DNA of 64,000 nt from Mobula hypostoma (lineage: Eukaryota), in NCBI RefSeq assembly GCF_963921235.1, contig NC_086097.1:18416001-18480000 (forward strand), given 5' to 3'. The position numbers and the translations under genes were made by a program. This document shows, in pieces, positions 38,242-50,706 of the stretch; the stretch's first letter is position 1, and the number at the start of each line of letters is the position of its first letter. Under the pieces are notes generated by a model that did no database searches, was not told the DNA's origin, and saw only the letters and a program-made list of their open reading frames with translations.

Positions 38242-38489
38242 CTCCGGAGACTGATGTGCATGAAAATCCCAGGAGATCAGCAGTTCCTGAGATACTCAAA
38301 CCTCCCCATCTGGCATCAACTATCATTCCATGGCTAAAGTCAGTTAGTTGATATTTCTTCCCAATGAGGTCTGAACAACAACTGAACCTCTTGACATTAT
38401 CCGCACACATTGAGTGCTGCCACATGACTGGCTGATTGGATATTTGCATTAATGAGCAGGTGAAGCTAACAAACTGGCCACTGAGGGTA

Positions 38490-38795
38490 TAGCAGTTATT
38501 CTAGAGCACCAGTGATTGCCAGTTGGGGTTCTATTCCAGCCGCTGTCTGTAAGGAGTTTGTACATTCTTCCTGGGACCGTGTGTGTTTCCTCTGGGTGCC
38601 CTGGTTTCCTCCCATGTTCTGAGGATGTATGATTCGGGTTAGTAAGTTCTGGGCATGCTATGTTGGTGTTGGAAGCATAGCGACCCTTGCAGTTTGCTCC
38701 GAGCACAATCCTTGCTGATTTCGTTTAACACAGAATGACACATTTCACTATGTGTTTCAATAAGTCGACTACATGTGACAAGTAAAGCTAATCGC
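38490..38795 (+). mobile_element. V-SINE-like element
   Basis: GGGGTTCTATTCC B box; GGAGTTTGTACATTCTTCC...GTTTCCTCTGGGTGCCCTGGTTTCCTCCCA; tail ACATGTGACAAGTAAAGCTAATC. Confidence 0.75.
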
Positions 38796-39556
38796 CATCT
38801 TAACTTTGCTGATGGTGCAGAGATCTATCACCAATCTGATATCTGACTTCACAACAAATTCCGCTCTAGCATATGAAATCCCAACTTTGAAATGTGTTGA
38901 GAAACATTACATTGTGTGTTTCCATCTGCTGGATCACTGGATGCCACAGGAGATCCTTTCTCCCCGTGGCTATAAGACACTACAACTCCTCCTCCTTAAG
39001 TATATAAGTATATGGATTCATTCCACATCTGTATTTTCCACTATTACTTTTTAATGCACATTCTTTATTCTTTTTGTTTACAATGTTTACACTTTGTGTT
39101 TGAAAGTATCTATTTCTGACTGAGCAACCTTGCAACAATAATTTCCCTTGGGATAAAGAAAGTTTTATCTGATCCTATCTTACCTTGTGTATATATGACC
39201 CAGGATGACAGGATGTTGATTGGACAAACTGCAGCCAGATGGACAGTGACTGTGATGCAAAGGCACCTACCAGTTCAGATTCCTGCTTAGTAATGCGGGT
39301 AGTAACAATGAGGCTGAGGGCCGAAGGTGCCATATAGCATCAATTTTTACAAACATCAGTGGAAGGAGAGGCAATGGAAAGGTGAACTGCAGCTGCCTCT
39401 CCTTTCTGGATAGGTCAGCTATGGAACTGCACTTTGGGAGCCGAGCGAAACATGCAGTGCTTCAATACAGGGCGCTTAACGCTGGTAACTGAAGACGAAT
39501 CTCTAGGCTGTTTATTGTTTGATTGTTTGTTTATTTAGAGAAGCAGTGTGGTAACA

Positions 39557-39759
39557 TTTGCCAGCCAGTGGTGAAGTGGACCAGTTCAAGACGAGGTGAG
39601 CGCACCTGGGTTCAGATCAGGCCAGCTCTTTACACACTTTCCATCTGTGCTGGCTTGAGCTTCGAACTAGCAACTCGGTCTCATAAAAATCAGACAAACC
39701 GCTAAAGAAACGGCAAAGTTGCCGCCCGATGTGCCGCAAGATGCAGAGAGGATTAGTTA
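39557..39759 (+). mobile_element. tRNA-derived SINE related to the 27133 family, with a different tail
   Basis: Shares CTTTCCATC(C/T)GTGCTGG-TTGAG...GCAACTC...TAAAA; TSD TGGTAACA (39549-39556 / 39760-39767). Confidence 0.75.
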
Positions 39760-40189
39760 TGGTAACAGGCCCATCCAGCCCAGCAAGACCGTGCCTCCCA
39801 ATTACACCCATGTAACCAATTGAACTATCGAACCCAGGAACAAGTGGGAATTCTACCACTGAATCATCAATCTCAGTGAATTATAAACACATTCATTATG
39901 TTTACAGTTTCCATAGCTTCCCAGTGTGTATTTGCTGCCATAGAATAGCTACACTTCAAAAGTACACCACTGGTGAAATCATCAGAAATTATGAAAAATT
40001 AATTCAATTCAACTCTCTGCCAGATACCTGTTATCCCAATTAAATTACATTTCATTATCACAATTAAATTACTTTTCATCTCCAAACAGTGAGTGCTGCA
40101 ATTAAAAACATGAACAGGAAAGTTTTAGGGTAAAATGGGCCAAATGCAGGCAAGTGGGACTTGGAATCTTGCTCAGCATGGATCAGTTA

Positions 40190-40700
40190 AGTCAGAGCAC
40201 CACTGCACAGAAACAGGCCCTTCAGCCCATCTAGTCCATAGCAAACCGTTATTCTGCCGAGACCCATTGCCCCGCACGTGGATCCCCATTCCATCCATGT
40301 ACTTAACCAAACTTCTCTTAAATGTTGCATTCAAACCTGCATCCAGCACTTCCACCGGCTGTTTATCCACACTCTCACCATCATCTAAATGAAGAAGATC
40401 CCCCTCAGGTTCCCCTTAAATATTTCACTGTTCACCTTTAACTCATCATCTCTGATTGTAGTCCCACCCAACCTCAGTGGAAAAACTCCTGTATGCATTG
40501 ACCCTATCTATACCCCTCATAACTTTGTATACATCTGTCAAATCTCCCTGCATGCTCATACATTCCCGGGAATAAAGCCTTAATCTATTCAATCTTTCCC
40601 TATAACTCAGTTCCTCACGTTCCAGCAACTTCCTTATAACCTTTTCTGAACTTTTTCAAGCTTATTGATATCTTTCCTGTGGGTAGGTGACCAGAACTGT
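40190..40700 (-). mobile_element. CR1 3' end
   Basis: ORF 40446-40628 LSYRERLNRLRLYSRE...GDLTDVYKVMRGIDRV. Confidence 0.8.
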
Positions 40701-41114
40701 TGAAAAGTCTGTTTCCATGTTGTGTGACTCTATGATTTTCAAAGTAAGTTGTTTTTTTATAAATAAATGTGGACAGGAGCTACATCTCCTACATTGTGAT
40801 TTAACCTAACCCCTTCTTAGCTTCTGGGTAACTTAGACATCAGAACTCTTTAAAATGTGTTTGAAAATTTACATAGGCTGAAGGGCTATGCCTCTGCTGT
40901 TGTGCTCCATGGCTTTGACTGAAGGCAAAAACAACAAATGACCGGAATATAACACGCAAATTGAAAATGTTGAAAATGCTCAGCTCAGGCAGCATCTGTG
41001 GAGAGGGAAAGCATAAACAATTTAACCAATTTCCCCCGGGATCAATAAAGTATGACTATGACTATGACAATGACACCTTATCCCTCTGTGCATTCTTGAG
41101 ACATATCAGTTGTA

Positions 41115-41950
41115 ATGTAGAACGCGGAGCTTAGGAGGCATAATAGCACCTAATGACCACTTCTTTGCTTACATCTTTGGAAACAGCTCTATTTCCATCT
41201 TTAATATCTCTATTTTTCTCTTTCAGGGTTCTTTTGAAGACCCTGACCTGGAGTTATGTGCTGACTATGGTTCATTACAGGAATGGGACCCGCTCTCGGG
41301 GTTTCACAACTGGCCGTTGTTCAGCTCGCCAAGGGCTCGGCCTAAGAGCTCCACTCACCTTCGGAGGACCAAGTTTTTGTGGCTCTGCAGACAGGGGGGA
41401 TCGGAGGTCGGTGTACAAGCAGAAGACCGGTGTGTCGTGGGAGATGGAAGATCTAAGGCTGTGTGCCCAGAGACCCGAGATCTTTGGACACAGAGCTCGG
41501 AAAAAGTGACACAATGGACTTTTAATATCATAAACCAGCAAGTTGTTTGTTATGTCTCCCCTCTCGCTGTGGAAAGGAGACAACTCTTTCTCCCTGATTA
41601 GGGAGAGAGAGAGAGCCTGTGGTATGTCGAATGCCGGGTGAACAAGTAGTCTTTGGGGTAACTACAAGTCTGTGTCTTTGCTGTTGCTTTGCTCACGCTT
41701 GAGTGCTCGGTGGCGGGTGCTGATGCTTTTTTTTGCCGGTGGGGGGAGGGGGTATTTTTGCTTGCTACTGCTTACGTGCGGAGGGAGGGGAGTCGGTGGG
41801 GGTGGGCAGACTTCGGTGTTCTAACATTTAACTGCCATTTATTCTTTGGGGGCACTCCTCTGTTTTCGGGGATGGTTGTGAAGAAAAAGCATTTCAGGTT
41901 GTATATTGTATACATTTCTCTGACATTAAATGTACCTTTGAAACCTTTGA
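41115..41950 (+). repeat. Unclassified CpG-richer interspersed repeat with a LINE-like tail
   Basis: Ends CATTTCAGGTTGTATATTGTATACATTTCTCTGACATTAAA...(CCTTTGA)2, similar to Rex1-type tails at 15250-15305 and 20900-20960; no coding motif. Confidence 0.45.
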
Positions 41951-42257
41951 TTAACAACCCTTTACCACCCTCTCTCAACAAGCAACACCACTGCTTAGCA
42001 AAGTCATTCAACCTGCCATGGAGACATCTCCACTGAACATTGTGAAATCAGATTTACAGACTGCAGGATTTCATTACAAAATTTTCTCTATAGCCGGACA
42101 GAAAAAGATGAGAGTTAAACGACGGGGATAAAATTCCTCCTCAAATGAATGCAGAGAGGAGATGAGAAACAATAGTGGTTGCTAGACTTACTAACAGACC
42201 AGGTAAGGAAGCCAGACCTCTTTTGTAGAAAGACTTCAGATTTCAGTGAATCATATA

Positions 42258-42805
42258 CACTACTGTGCAAAAGTCTTAGGCACATAGATATAGCTAGGGT
42301 GTCGAAGACCTTTGCACAGTACTGTAGTAATTTTATGTATTGCACTGTACAGCTGGCACAAAAAAAATCATGACATATGTGAGTGATGATCAGCCTGATT
42401 CTGATATGGGTCTCTGTTGTGGACTGAGAGTGGGGAGGGAGCAGGCAAAGGGGAATCATGGTTGGGAAAAGGGAAAGGGAGAGGGGAGGGAGCGGGAAGC
42501 ACTAGAGAGACATTCTGTAACAACCAGTAAACCAGTTATTTGGAATCAAGTGACCTTGCCTGGTGTCCCAGGGCTGGGTGAGTCTTCACCCGCACCACTC
42601 CTCCCCGCCCGGACACTCCTTCTCTGCCACCTGAAACATGCGCCCCCCATAGCACTCCATCCTAGCCACTCCCAACTTGCTTTATTTCTGCCAGATTTAC
42701 AAACTCTCTCTCTCTGCTCCACGTTGACAAGTACAGTACTGACCAAAGGTCTCAGGCACCCTACCTATATGTACATTATGTGTCTGAGAAATTTGCACAG
42801 TACTA
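42258..42805. mobile_element. Composite Tc1 MITE: two inverted ~70-bp mini-MITEs flanking ~410 bp
   Basis: TA-CACTACTGTGCAAAAGTCTTAGGCAC...GTGTCGAAGACCTTTGCACAGTACTG-TA (42258-42324) and a second unit at 42734-42805. Confidence 0.75.
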
Positions 42806-44239
42806 TGTGTTCTACACTCTTGGGAGTTGAATGGTCGCCCTAACATTTTTCATTCCTGATTTATTTAATTACTTGGTCAAAGTTCCCCACTTGTGAGGTT
42901 TGAACTTGTGTGTCCAAATCAATAGCACCAGCCTCTGGTTCCAAGTCTGGTAATATAACAACATATCACAAATGTCTGTTGCCTTCTTGCTTTTCTCAGC
43001 AGCTGTTTCTCTGGTCTATTATTTCTGCGTATGCTCTGTGCATGATGTCATTGCAAAAGTAGGTGGGTGACAAGCCATGCTGTTAGAATTAGTAGCTGTA
43101 GCAAATGGAGCTCCTTCAATTTTCTCAGTGGTCCTAATGAGAACTGCCTCTCATTGGCACACACTCACATCAGAACAAATGGAACAAGAGTAGCAGGAGG
43201 GCAGATCACGCTTGGAGACCACTTCATCATTCATCAAGATCATGTCTGACCTTTTACCTCAATACCATTTCCCTGCAATGTTCCCTTCTCTCCTGGCTCC
43301 CTTAAAATCCAGATGCCCATTGATTTCTGTTTTGAAATCAATCACTAAATCTCGACAGCTTTCCAGGGTAGAAAATCCCAACTTCCAGCTCCCACTGCAT
43401 GAAGAAATTTCTCTTCATTTCTGTGCTAAATGGACTGCAACAAAAATGCTTTAAAATTCGTTCCTTGTTCATTTCTGATTCCGTCGCAAGAGGTGTTCGC
43501 CATCAAAGGAGGCACTGTTAAAGGTTACATGAAATGACTTTATATGAAGAATAAAACACCAGGAAGAAAGAAAATGGTTAGTGAAATGAACGAGGGATGA
43601 CTTGATAGAGGTGTACAAGATGATAAGAGACATAGATCAAGTGGATAGTTAAAGACTTTTTCCCAGGGAAGAAATGACTAATACAAGGAGGCATAATTTT
43701 ACGGTGATTGGAGGAAAGTACAGGGGGGATGTTGGAGCTAAATTTGTTACACAGTGAGTGATAAATGCATGTAGTGCCCTGCCAGGGTGGTGGCAGAAGA
43801 AGATAAAGGACATTTAAGAGATTCTTAGACATATGGAGGGTTATGGAAGTGTTTAATTGATCTTCAAGTAGGTTAAAAGGTCGGCACAACATTGTGGGTC
43901 AAAAAGCTTGTATTGTACTGTAATGTTCTATGTTCTAAAATAGTGAATGAGACAAAATTAAACCCAGATTCCGATTTTCTTCCGATTCAGTCTCAGATCT
44001 ATTTGTCACGTGCATATCAAAATATACAGTGAACGGTGCCATTTGCATTAACAGCCAGCATAACCAAGGACCTGCTGGGAGCAGACTACAAATGGCGTCA
44101 TGCATGCCAGCGTCACTGTTGCGTGCCCACAGTGAACTGCAGAACAACACAAACAGCTAAACAAGCCCTCTTCCCATCCATCCCAAACCCCCACCCCACC
44201 CACTCACAAACACAGTCAGACCTCCAACCCCAGGGCAGA

Positions 44240-45186
44240 TTGCGGATGACACGAAGCTGGGTGGCAGTGTTAGCTGTGAGGAGGATGCTAAGAGGATGCA
44301 GGGTGACTTGGATAGGTTGGGTGAGTGGGCAAACTCATGGCAGATGCAATTTAATGTGGATAAATGTGAAGTTATCCACTTTGGTGGCAAAAATAGGAAA
44401 ACAGATTATTATCTGAATGGTGGCCGATTAGGAAAAGGGGAGGTGCAACGAGACCTGGGTGTCATTATACACCAGTCATTGAAAGTGGGCATGCAGGTAC
44501 AGCAGGCGGTGAAAAAGGCGAATGGTATGCTGGCATTTATAGCGAGAGGATTCGAGTACAGGAGCAGGGAGGTACTACTGCAGTTGTACAAGGCCTTGGT
44601 GAGACCACACCTGGAGTATTGTGTGCAGTTTTGGTCCCCTAATCTGAGGAAAGACATCCTTGCCATAGAGGGAGTACAAAGAAGGTTCACCAGATTGATT
44701 CCTGGGGATGGCAGGACTTTCATATGAAGAAAGACTGGATGAACTGGGCTTGTACTCGTTGGAATTTAGAAGATTGAGGGGGGATCTGATTGAAACGTAT
44801 AAGATCCTAAAGGGATTGGACAGGCTAGATGCAGGAAGATTGTTCCCGATGTTGGGGAAGTCCAGAACGAGGGGCCACAATTTGAGGATAGAGGGGAAGC
44901 CTTTTAGGACCAAGATTAGGAAAAACTTCTTCATACAGAGAGTGGTGAATCTGTGGAATTCTCTGCCACAGGAAACAGTTGAGGCCAGTTCATTGGCTAT
45001 ATTTAAGAGGGAGTTAGATATGGCCCTTGTGGCTACAGGGGTCAGGGGGTATGGAGGGAAGGCTGGGGCGGGGTTCTGAGTTGGATGATCAGCCATGATC
45101 ATAATAAATGGCGGTGCAGGCTCAAAGGGCCGAATGGCCTACTCCTGCACCTATTTTCTATGTTTCTATGTTTCCATGTTTCTATC
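44240..45186 (+). mobile_element. Young 5'-truncated CR1 LINE
   Basis: Starts at the (F)ADDTKL box; ORFs 44296-44727 and 44708-45079 are separated by one frameshift; (TTTCTATG)n tail. Confidence 0.95.
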
Positions 45187-45248
45187 AACAAATCACTATG
45201 CTATGCCACATCATGTCGAGGGGAACCGCAAGTATCCAAAAGCTTTTC

Positions 45249-45251
<3 letters not shown>

Positions 45252-45285
<34 letters not shown>
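45252..45285. repeat. (CT)n microsatellite
   Basis: Pure TC run. Confidence 0.95.
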
Positions 45286-45289
<4 letters not shown>

Positions 45290-45469
45290 TAGTTCCTGTT
45301 CTGGTCTCCATCTCCAACTCTTAGCACTATTTGACACCCAGCCTAAGAGAAGGTTCCACTTGCACAAACAAATTTCCCCTTTCTATGCCCTTCAAATCTT
45401 TTTCCAAACTCTAAGCTAAGTTTTACTCCAGTACTTTTCTGTCCTTTAGTGGTCCCAGCCTGTACCTTG

Positions 45470-45765
45470 GGCATCCCGGTAGAGTAGTGGTTAGCATGAC
45501 GCTGTTACAGCTCTGGGCATTGGAGCTTGGCGTTCAATCCCAGTGTCCTCTGTAAGGAGCCTCTGTACGTCTGATCTGTAGAATGGGTTGGTTTTCTTCA
45601 GTTGCTCCAGTTTCCTCACACAATCTAAAGACATACCAGGTAGATTAACTGGTCATTGTAAATTGTCCCAGGGTTAGATAAGGGTTAACTCGGGGATTGC
45701 TGGAAGGTGCGGCTCGAAGGGAAGGAAGGGTCTGTTCCATGCTGTATCTCTAAGTAAATAAAAAC
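45470..45765 (+). mobile_element. V-SINE-like element with CR1-type tail
   Basis: GGTAGAGTAGTGGTTAGC, GCGTTCAATCC, GCTCCAGTTTCCTCACACAATCTAAAGAC; tail GGGTCTGTTCCATGCTGTATCTCTAAGTAAATAAAA. Confidence 0.7.
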
Positions 45766-48199
45766 AAATCTCTTGTGACCTTCAGCCGAGGCATATAACT
45801 TGGAAACAGAGACAACAGGTCTGTAAGGAGGAACACATTCTTCACCAGTATCTAATCTCAAGGATGTGTGTTTATATACATATCTGGGTTATTATCACAT
45901 TCCAAGCTGACACATTTGTCTTACCAACTCCCATTTTGCATTACATAGTTTAACATACAACAAGAAGGAACCAATTTTAACTCTTTCCATGCATAGTTCA
46001 CCCTTTAGTCTGAGCCCGTATCCCTGTCTCTGTATTGCTTAGAGAGGGGAAACATCTTTTCTGCATCCGCCTCTTCAAGCCCTGTAAGAATTCTGTAAGT
46101 TTCAATATGATCACCTCTTATTATTTTACACTGTGGAGAATGAGGACCTGATTCACTCCTGGTACCTTAGAGACTTGTGTAACACTTGAACACATATACA
46201 GAAGCGCTGTCACAGGAAAGCAACATCCACCATCTGCTGGTAAACATGAGATAAAAAGCCCTTAAAAATGAGTCCATTGGTTGTGGGAATATTTCAATGA
46301 TGGGTCAAGTGAGGTTATCCCTTTTGGTTCAGGAGCCTAATGGTTGAGGGGTAATAACATCCTGATCCTGGTGTTGTGAGTCCTGAGGGTCCTGACCTTC
46401 TTTCTGCAAACAACAACAACGACAGCAAAACAAGCCACTTTCCCATCCCTCCCACCCACTTATCCAATCGCACAGAGACAGGCCACCACCAGGCCTCAAA
46501 TACTTGACACAGATTCTCAGACTCAGTATTGGACCCACAACTTCAGACTTCACTCCAAGCCTTGCTGATCAACAGGTTTGACCTTTGGGCATCAACTTTC
46601 GGGCTCGCACAGACCCCTGACTCTAGTGATGCGGACTCTCTTGAATCCTTCATGCCCTCGTGTCCCCTTCAGCCTCTATCTTTGGTCCACGACCTTCAGG
46701 CTTCTACCTCCAGCCTCACTCTCGCTTCAACCATCAGCTTTGTCCTCGCCAAGTTTGAGCTCAGATACTTGACTCACATGGACCTTGACTTCCAGACTCA
46801 CATGGACCCCCAACCTCAGTGTTCCTGCAGCGGGTCATGGTGGGTGCCACTAACCCTAATGACTCACTCTCGTAACCAGGAATTACTGCCCTATACAGAC
46901 CCCTGACCCAGGACTGGTCTCTGACCTGGATCAAAGAACTGCTTCCTTGAAAGGGGTGGGTGTGAAAGGAAGAGAGATTGAGTAAGATTGCCATGTATCC
47001 ATTGGAGTTCGGAATAATGAGTGGTAACTTTATTGAACCTTTGAATATTTTGAAAAGGATCTACAGGGTAGATGTGGGGAGCTGTATCCTCAAGTGAAAG
47101 GCTCATGGAGGGATACGTATGGTGTATTCATTGTAGTTTTATGTCACTCTTTGTACAATGGTAAATGTTTTACATTAGCAGTAAAATACTTGGAACTATC
47201 CTGTAATTGAAAGCATTATTTAATTCCAACCATTCCTTCAGTCCTAGATAAACTCTGTGTGTGAGGTTGCAAAAGTAAACCCAAGACTCACCATTATGAA
47301 TATTTACATACCAAAAATTCAGTGGTAGCTAACTTGGACAAAGTCTCCAAACATTGACCTACAACAAAACCCCATGACGATATAACCCTAAAATGCTAGC
47401 AATCTTTAGGCCAGCTATCATCTGCGGAGAAAAGAATAAAAGAGAAAATTATAAAATAGAATGTATCATTTTATCCTGATGGCATTTCAACTGTCACTTA
47501 TTATTCATCTGAATTATTCACTTGGCTTTTCACTGACCATCTGAGCATTTCTGCCAGTTGCGGAGCTGACTTGATGGGCTGAATGGACTAATTCTGCTCC
47601 TATGTCTTATGATCTTATGGTCTTAATATTTTTATTTTTGATTTATTGCATCTGCTCTATTATATACATGTAGGTTCTGAAAATGATAAGAAATAAAAAC
47701 TCATAAATGTCCTGACCAAATACATCAGCAACTTGCGACTCCTCTGTGTTGGGTTCATGCACGTAGTTATAGAAACAGGGTTGACATTCGTATTATATAC
47801 AGCTATGTTGCAACAGCTAATAGCTGGAATCCTAGAAATATGCACCGCCAATCAGCCCATCATGTCTATGTCAGCCAAGTTAGTTCAACTTCCACCACCT
47901 GATCTATAAAACTTGTAAATCATGGTTTTCAAGTTCTCAAGTCAGCATCTCCATTCCACTTCATTTCAGCTTGGACTTGGGCCACTGGCAACACTCCCAC
48001 TAATTATTATCATTTTTTAAAAAAAGCTGCGCATACCGCCCATTGCTCTGAGCGGGAAATTTTGACATGGCCTGAAAACTATGTGGGTCATTAAAAGTTT
48101 AAATGTTAAGAAAATTCCAGCTGTGCGGCAACAAAGGCAATGTGCATGGGAGCATGTTAGTTATTGTGCGGCCGAGAGGGAACAGTGATGACTGGTCCA

Positions 48200-48930
48200 A
48201 CTCAGAATCATGTTTAATGTCATGGGCATATGTCATGAAATTTGTTGTTTTGTGGCAGCACTATATTGCAATATATAATAATTTTAAAAATTAGAATAAG
48301 AAATATATGCTTAAAAATAAATTAAATAAGTAGTGCAAAAATAGAGTAAAAAAGAAAAATATAGTGAAGTAGTTTACGTGGGCTCATTATCCGTCATAAA
48401 TCTGAAAGAAGCTGTTCCTACATGGCTGAGTGTGTGTCTTCAGGCTCCTGTACCTCCTCCTTGATGGTAGCAATGAGAATATCCTGGGTGATGGGGGTCC
48501 TTAATGATGGACGCCGCTTTATTGAGGCATTGCCTTTTGAAAATGTCCTTGATGGTGGGGATCCTATTGCCCATGATGGAGCTGGCTGAATTTGCAGCCT
48601 TTTCTGATCCTGTGTAGTAGCTTCCCACGCCCCTCCCCCCCATACCAGACGGTGATGCAGCCAGTTAGAATACTCTCCAAAGTACATCGGTTGAAATTTG
48701 TGACAGTCTTTGGTGACTAACCGTGTCTCTTCAAACTCTAGTGAAATATAGCCACTGGTGTTCCTTCTTTGTGATTGCCTTCAGAATAGACTTTCAGAGA
48801 TGTTGACACACTGGAACTTGAAACTTCTGACACTTTCCAGTGCTGATGCCTTGATGAGGACAGGTGTGTGTTCTCTCGACTTCCCCTTCCTGAATTCCGC
48901 AATCAATTCCTTGTTCTTGCTGATTTTGAG
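48200..48930 (-). mobile_element. Rex1/Babar 3' end
   Basis: ORF 48440-48643 IKDIFKRQCLNKAASIIKDPHHPG; reversed tail CAGAATCA-GTTTAAT. Confidence 0.8.
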
Positions 48931-48933
48931 TGT

Positions 48934-49310
48934 AAAGGCTGATGTATACTTGTGTGTACGGGTTATGCCGTAGACTACGCTGTAGGCCTGATTTATACTT
49001 TTGCGTAGCCCTACACCATAGCGAGCACGCGCAGTTGTGTCTGCGTCGCTCTGCTATTCACCTCTAAAACGCTAGTTGGCGGTAGGGTTTCTATGTCACT
49101 GTGTTGAGTTTCTTCGTGAGACACATGGACGAGGAAATGCATTTCAAATATTTTCGGATGTCAGCAGGTAGATTTGACGATTTGGTTCATCGTCTCCAAC
49201 CATTTATTTCGCATCAGTGTACAGACATGGCGGAGAAAAGCAACACGAAATGCGTAGGAGGAAATGCGATGCTACCAAGCGGACCAATCACAATTGTTGC
49301 AGTCTGCTTG
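48934..49310 (+). mobile_element. PIF/Harbinger-derived non-autonomous fragment (left end)
   Basis: TAA-AGGCTGATGTATACTTGTG end with internal repeat GGCCTGATTTATACTT; peptide [27 protein letters not shown] fits the Harbinger nuclease N-terminal FRMS motif. Confidence 0.7.
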
Positions 49311-49919
49311 ATGGACAGTTGGTATTCAGCACAAATTCAGCACAGAAGAAGAAGAAGAAGAAGGAGGAGCTGGTTATCCCCAGAAATGAACGCTTCTGCA
49401 GTTCAGTCATTGGTATGAAAGTGTATCTCTGAATCTATATCCAGAGATGTTGCCTCAACCCCCTGAGTATTTCTATCATGGTCCGCTAGAAATAACATAC
49501 AGATGATTCATCATAAACTTCCTGGAGAGATCTCCTGAAATCTCATCACCACTGGATTACTTTGTAGTTGATTCCAATCATTGCATGTGATATCCAGAAA
49601 CTGCTGCAATGCACACAAAATGCTGGAGGAACTCAGCAGGCCAGGCAACATCTATGGAAATGAATAAACAGTCTGCTGACAGCACTGGGTATAGACCTGC
49701 ACTCCAGAACTAGTTGCCAATCTATTGAAGATGTTCCATTACATCTACAATACAGACATCTACCCAACTACATGGAGAATTGCCCATATTGGTCCTTTTC
49801 ACAACTCGCAGGATAAATCCAGTCTAGTTAATTGCTGATGTATGAGGATAGAGTGATTGGGTAGCAAAGTGATGGAAGCAGTCAACAGAGGGGCAGAGTG
49901 GCCTGACGTGGCAAAATCC

Positions 49920-50350
49920 TTCCACAGTCTACAAGGCCCAAGTTGGGTTCCTCTCCAATTGCCTGGAATATGTGTAACTCCAACAATTCCCAGGAAGCTT
50001 AAAACCATCAAAGACAAAGCAACCCATTTGATTGAAACTCCAGTCACCATCCTAAAGATTCAGTTGCTCAATCACTAGTGCAGGGCATGTGCACCATCTA
50101 CAAAATGCACTTTGCAGACTAACCGAGGTTCTTCTGACAGCGAGTCCCTGACCAATGGCCTCTACAGGCAAGAAAGACAAGGACAACAGGTACATGGGGC
50201 ACACCATTCCCAGTGAGAGCCTCTCCAAGTTGCACACCATCCAAACTCAGAAATGTACCACTACTCTTCATTATCAATGAGTCTAAATCCAAGACATTCC
50301 CATACAAAGATAGCAGAAAGCACCATCATCACAGGAACAGCAGCAGTTCA
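49920..50350 (+). mobile_element. Old CR1-group LINE C-terminal fragment of a different family
   Basis: PTIPRKLKTIKDKATHLIETP...CTIYKMH motif. Confidence 0.55.
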
Positions 50351-50364
50351 ATAGCATAGGCTGT

Positions 50365-50685
50365 CTCAGTAGAGTAACGGCTGGCATAACGCTCTACAGC
50401 GCCAGCTATCGGTGTTAAATTTCCACTGGTTTCTGTAATAAGTTTGTGTGTTCTCCCCGTAACCACATGGGTTTCCTTTAGGGTGCCGGAATTTTCTCCC
50501 ACATTCCAAAAACGTGTGGGCTAGTAAGGTATGTGCATGCTATATTGGTTCCAGAAGCATGGCTACACATGCTCTGAGCATATCCTCGAATTGTCTTGGC
50601 CACTGGCGCAAACGATGCATTTCACTATGCTTTGATGCTTAGATGTACATGTGAAATATAAAGCTACTAAAAAAACTAATCTTCA
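50365..50685 (+). mobile_element. V-SINE-like element
   Basis: GTTTGTGTGTTCTCCCCGTAACCACATGGGTTTCC...CCCACATTCCAAAAACGTG; tail GTACATGTGAAATATAAAGCT. Confidence 0.72.
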
Positions 50686-50706
50686 AAAACATGATTTATA
50701 AACATC

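Larger units (their letters stand above)
35315..38487. mobile_element. Tc1-derived MITE (same family as 13885) split by nested LTR and LINE
   Basis: CACTCCATGGCCACTTTATAAG start; TGGCCACTGAGGG-TA end; the halves rejoin as CTCTGTAAACTCTA|GAGACTG, as in the intact copy at ~14145. Confidence 0.85.

Noticed and set aside
39361..39406. 13-bp hairpin GGAAGGAGAGGCA...TGCCTCTCCTTTC
   Set aside because: Isolated; lacks a SECIS core and is too short for a pre-miRNA; can arise by chance
49101..49418. HARBI1-like host gene
   Set aside because: Only ~30 aa resemble Harbinger; it lies inside a non-autonomous element
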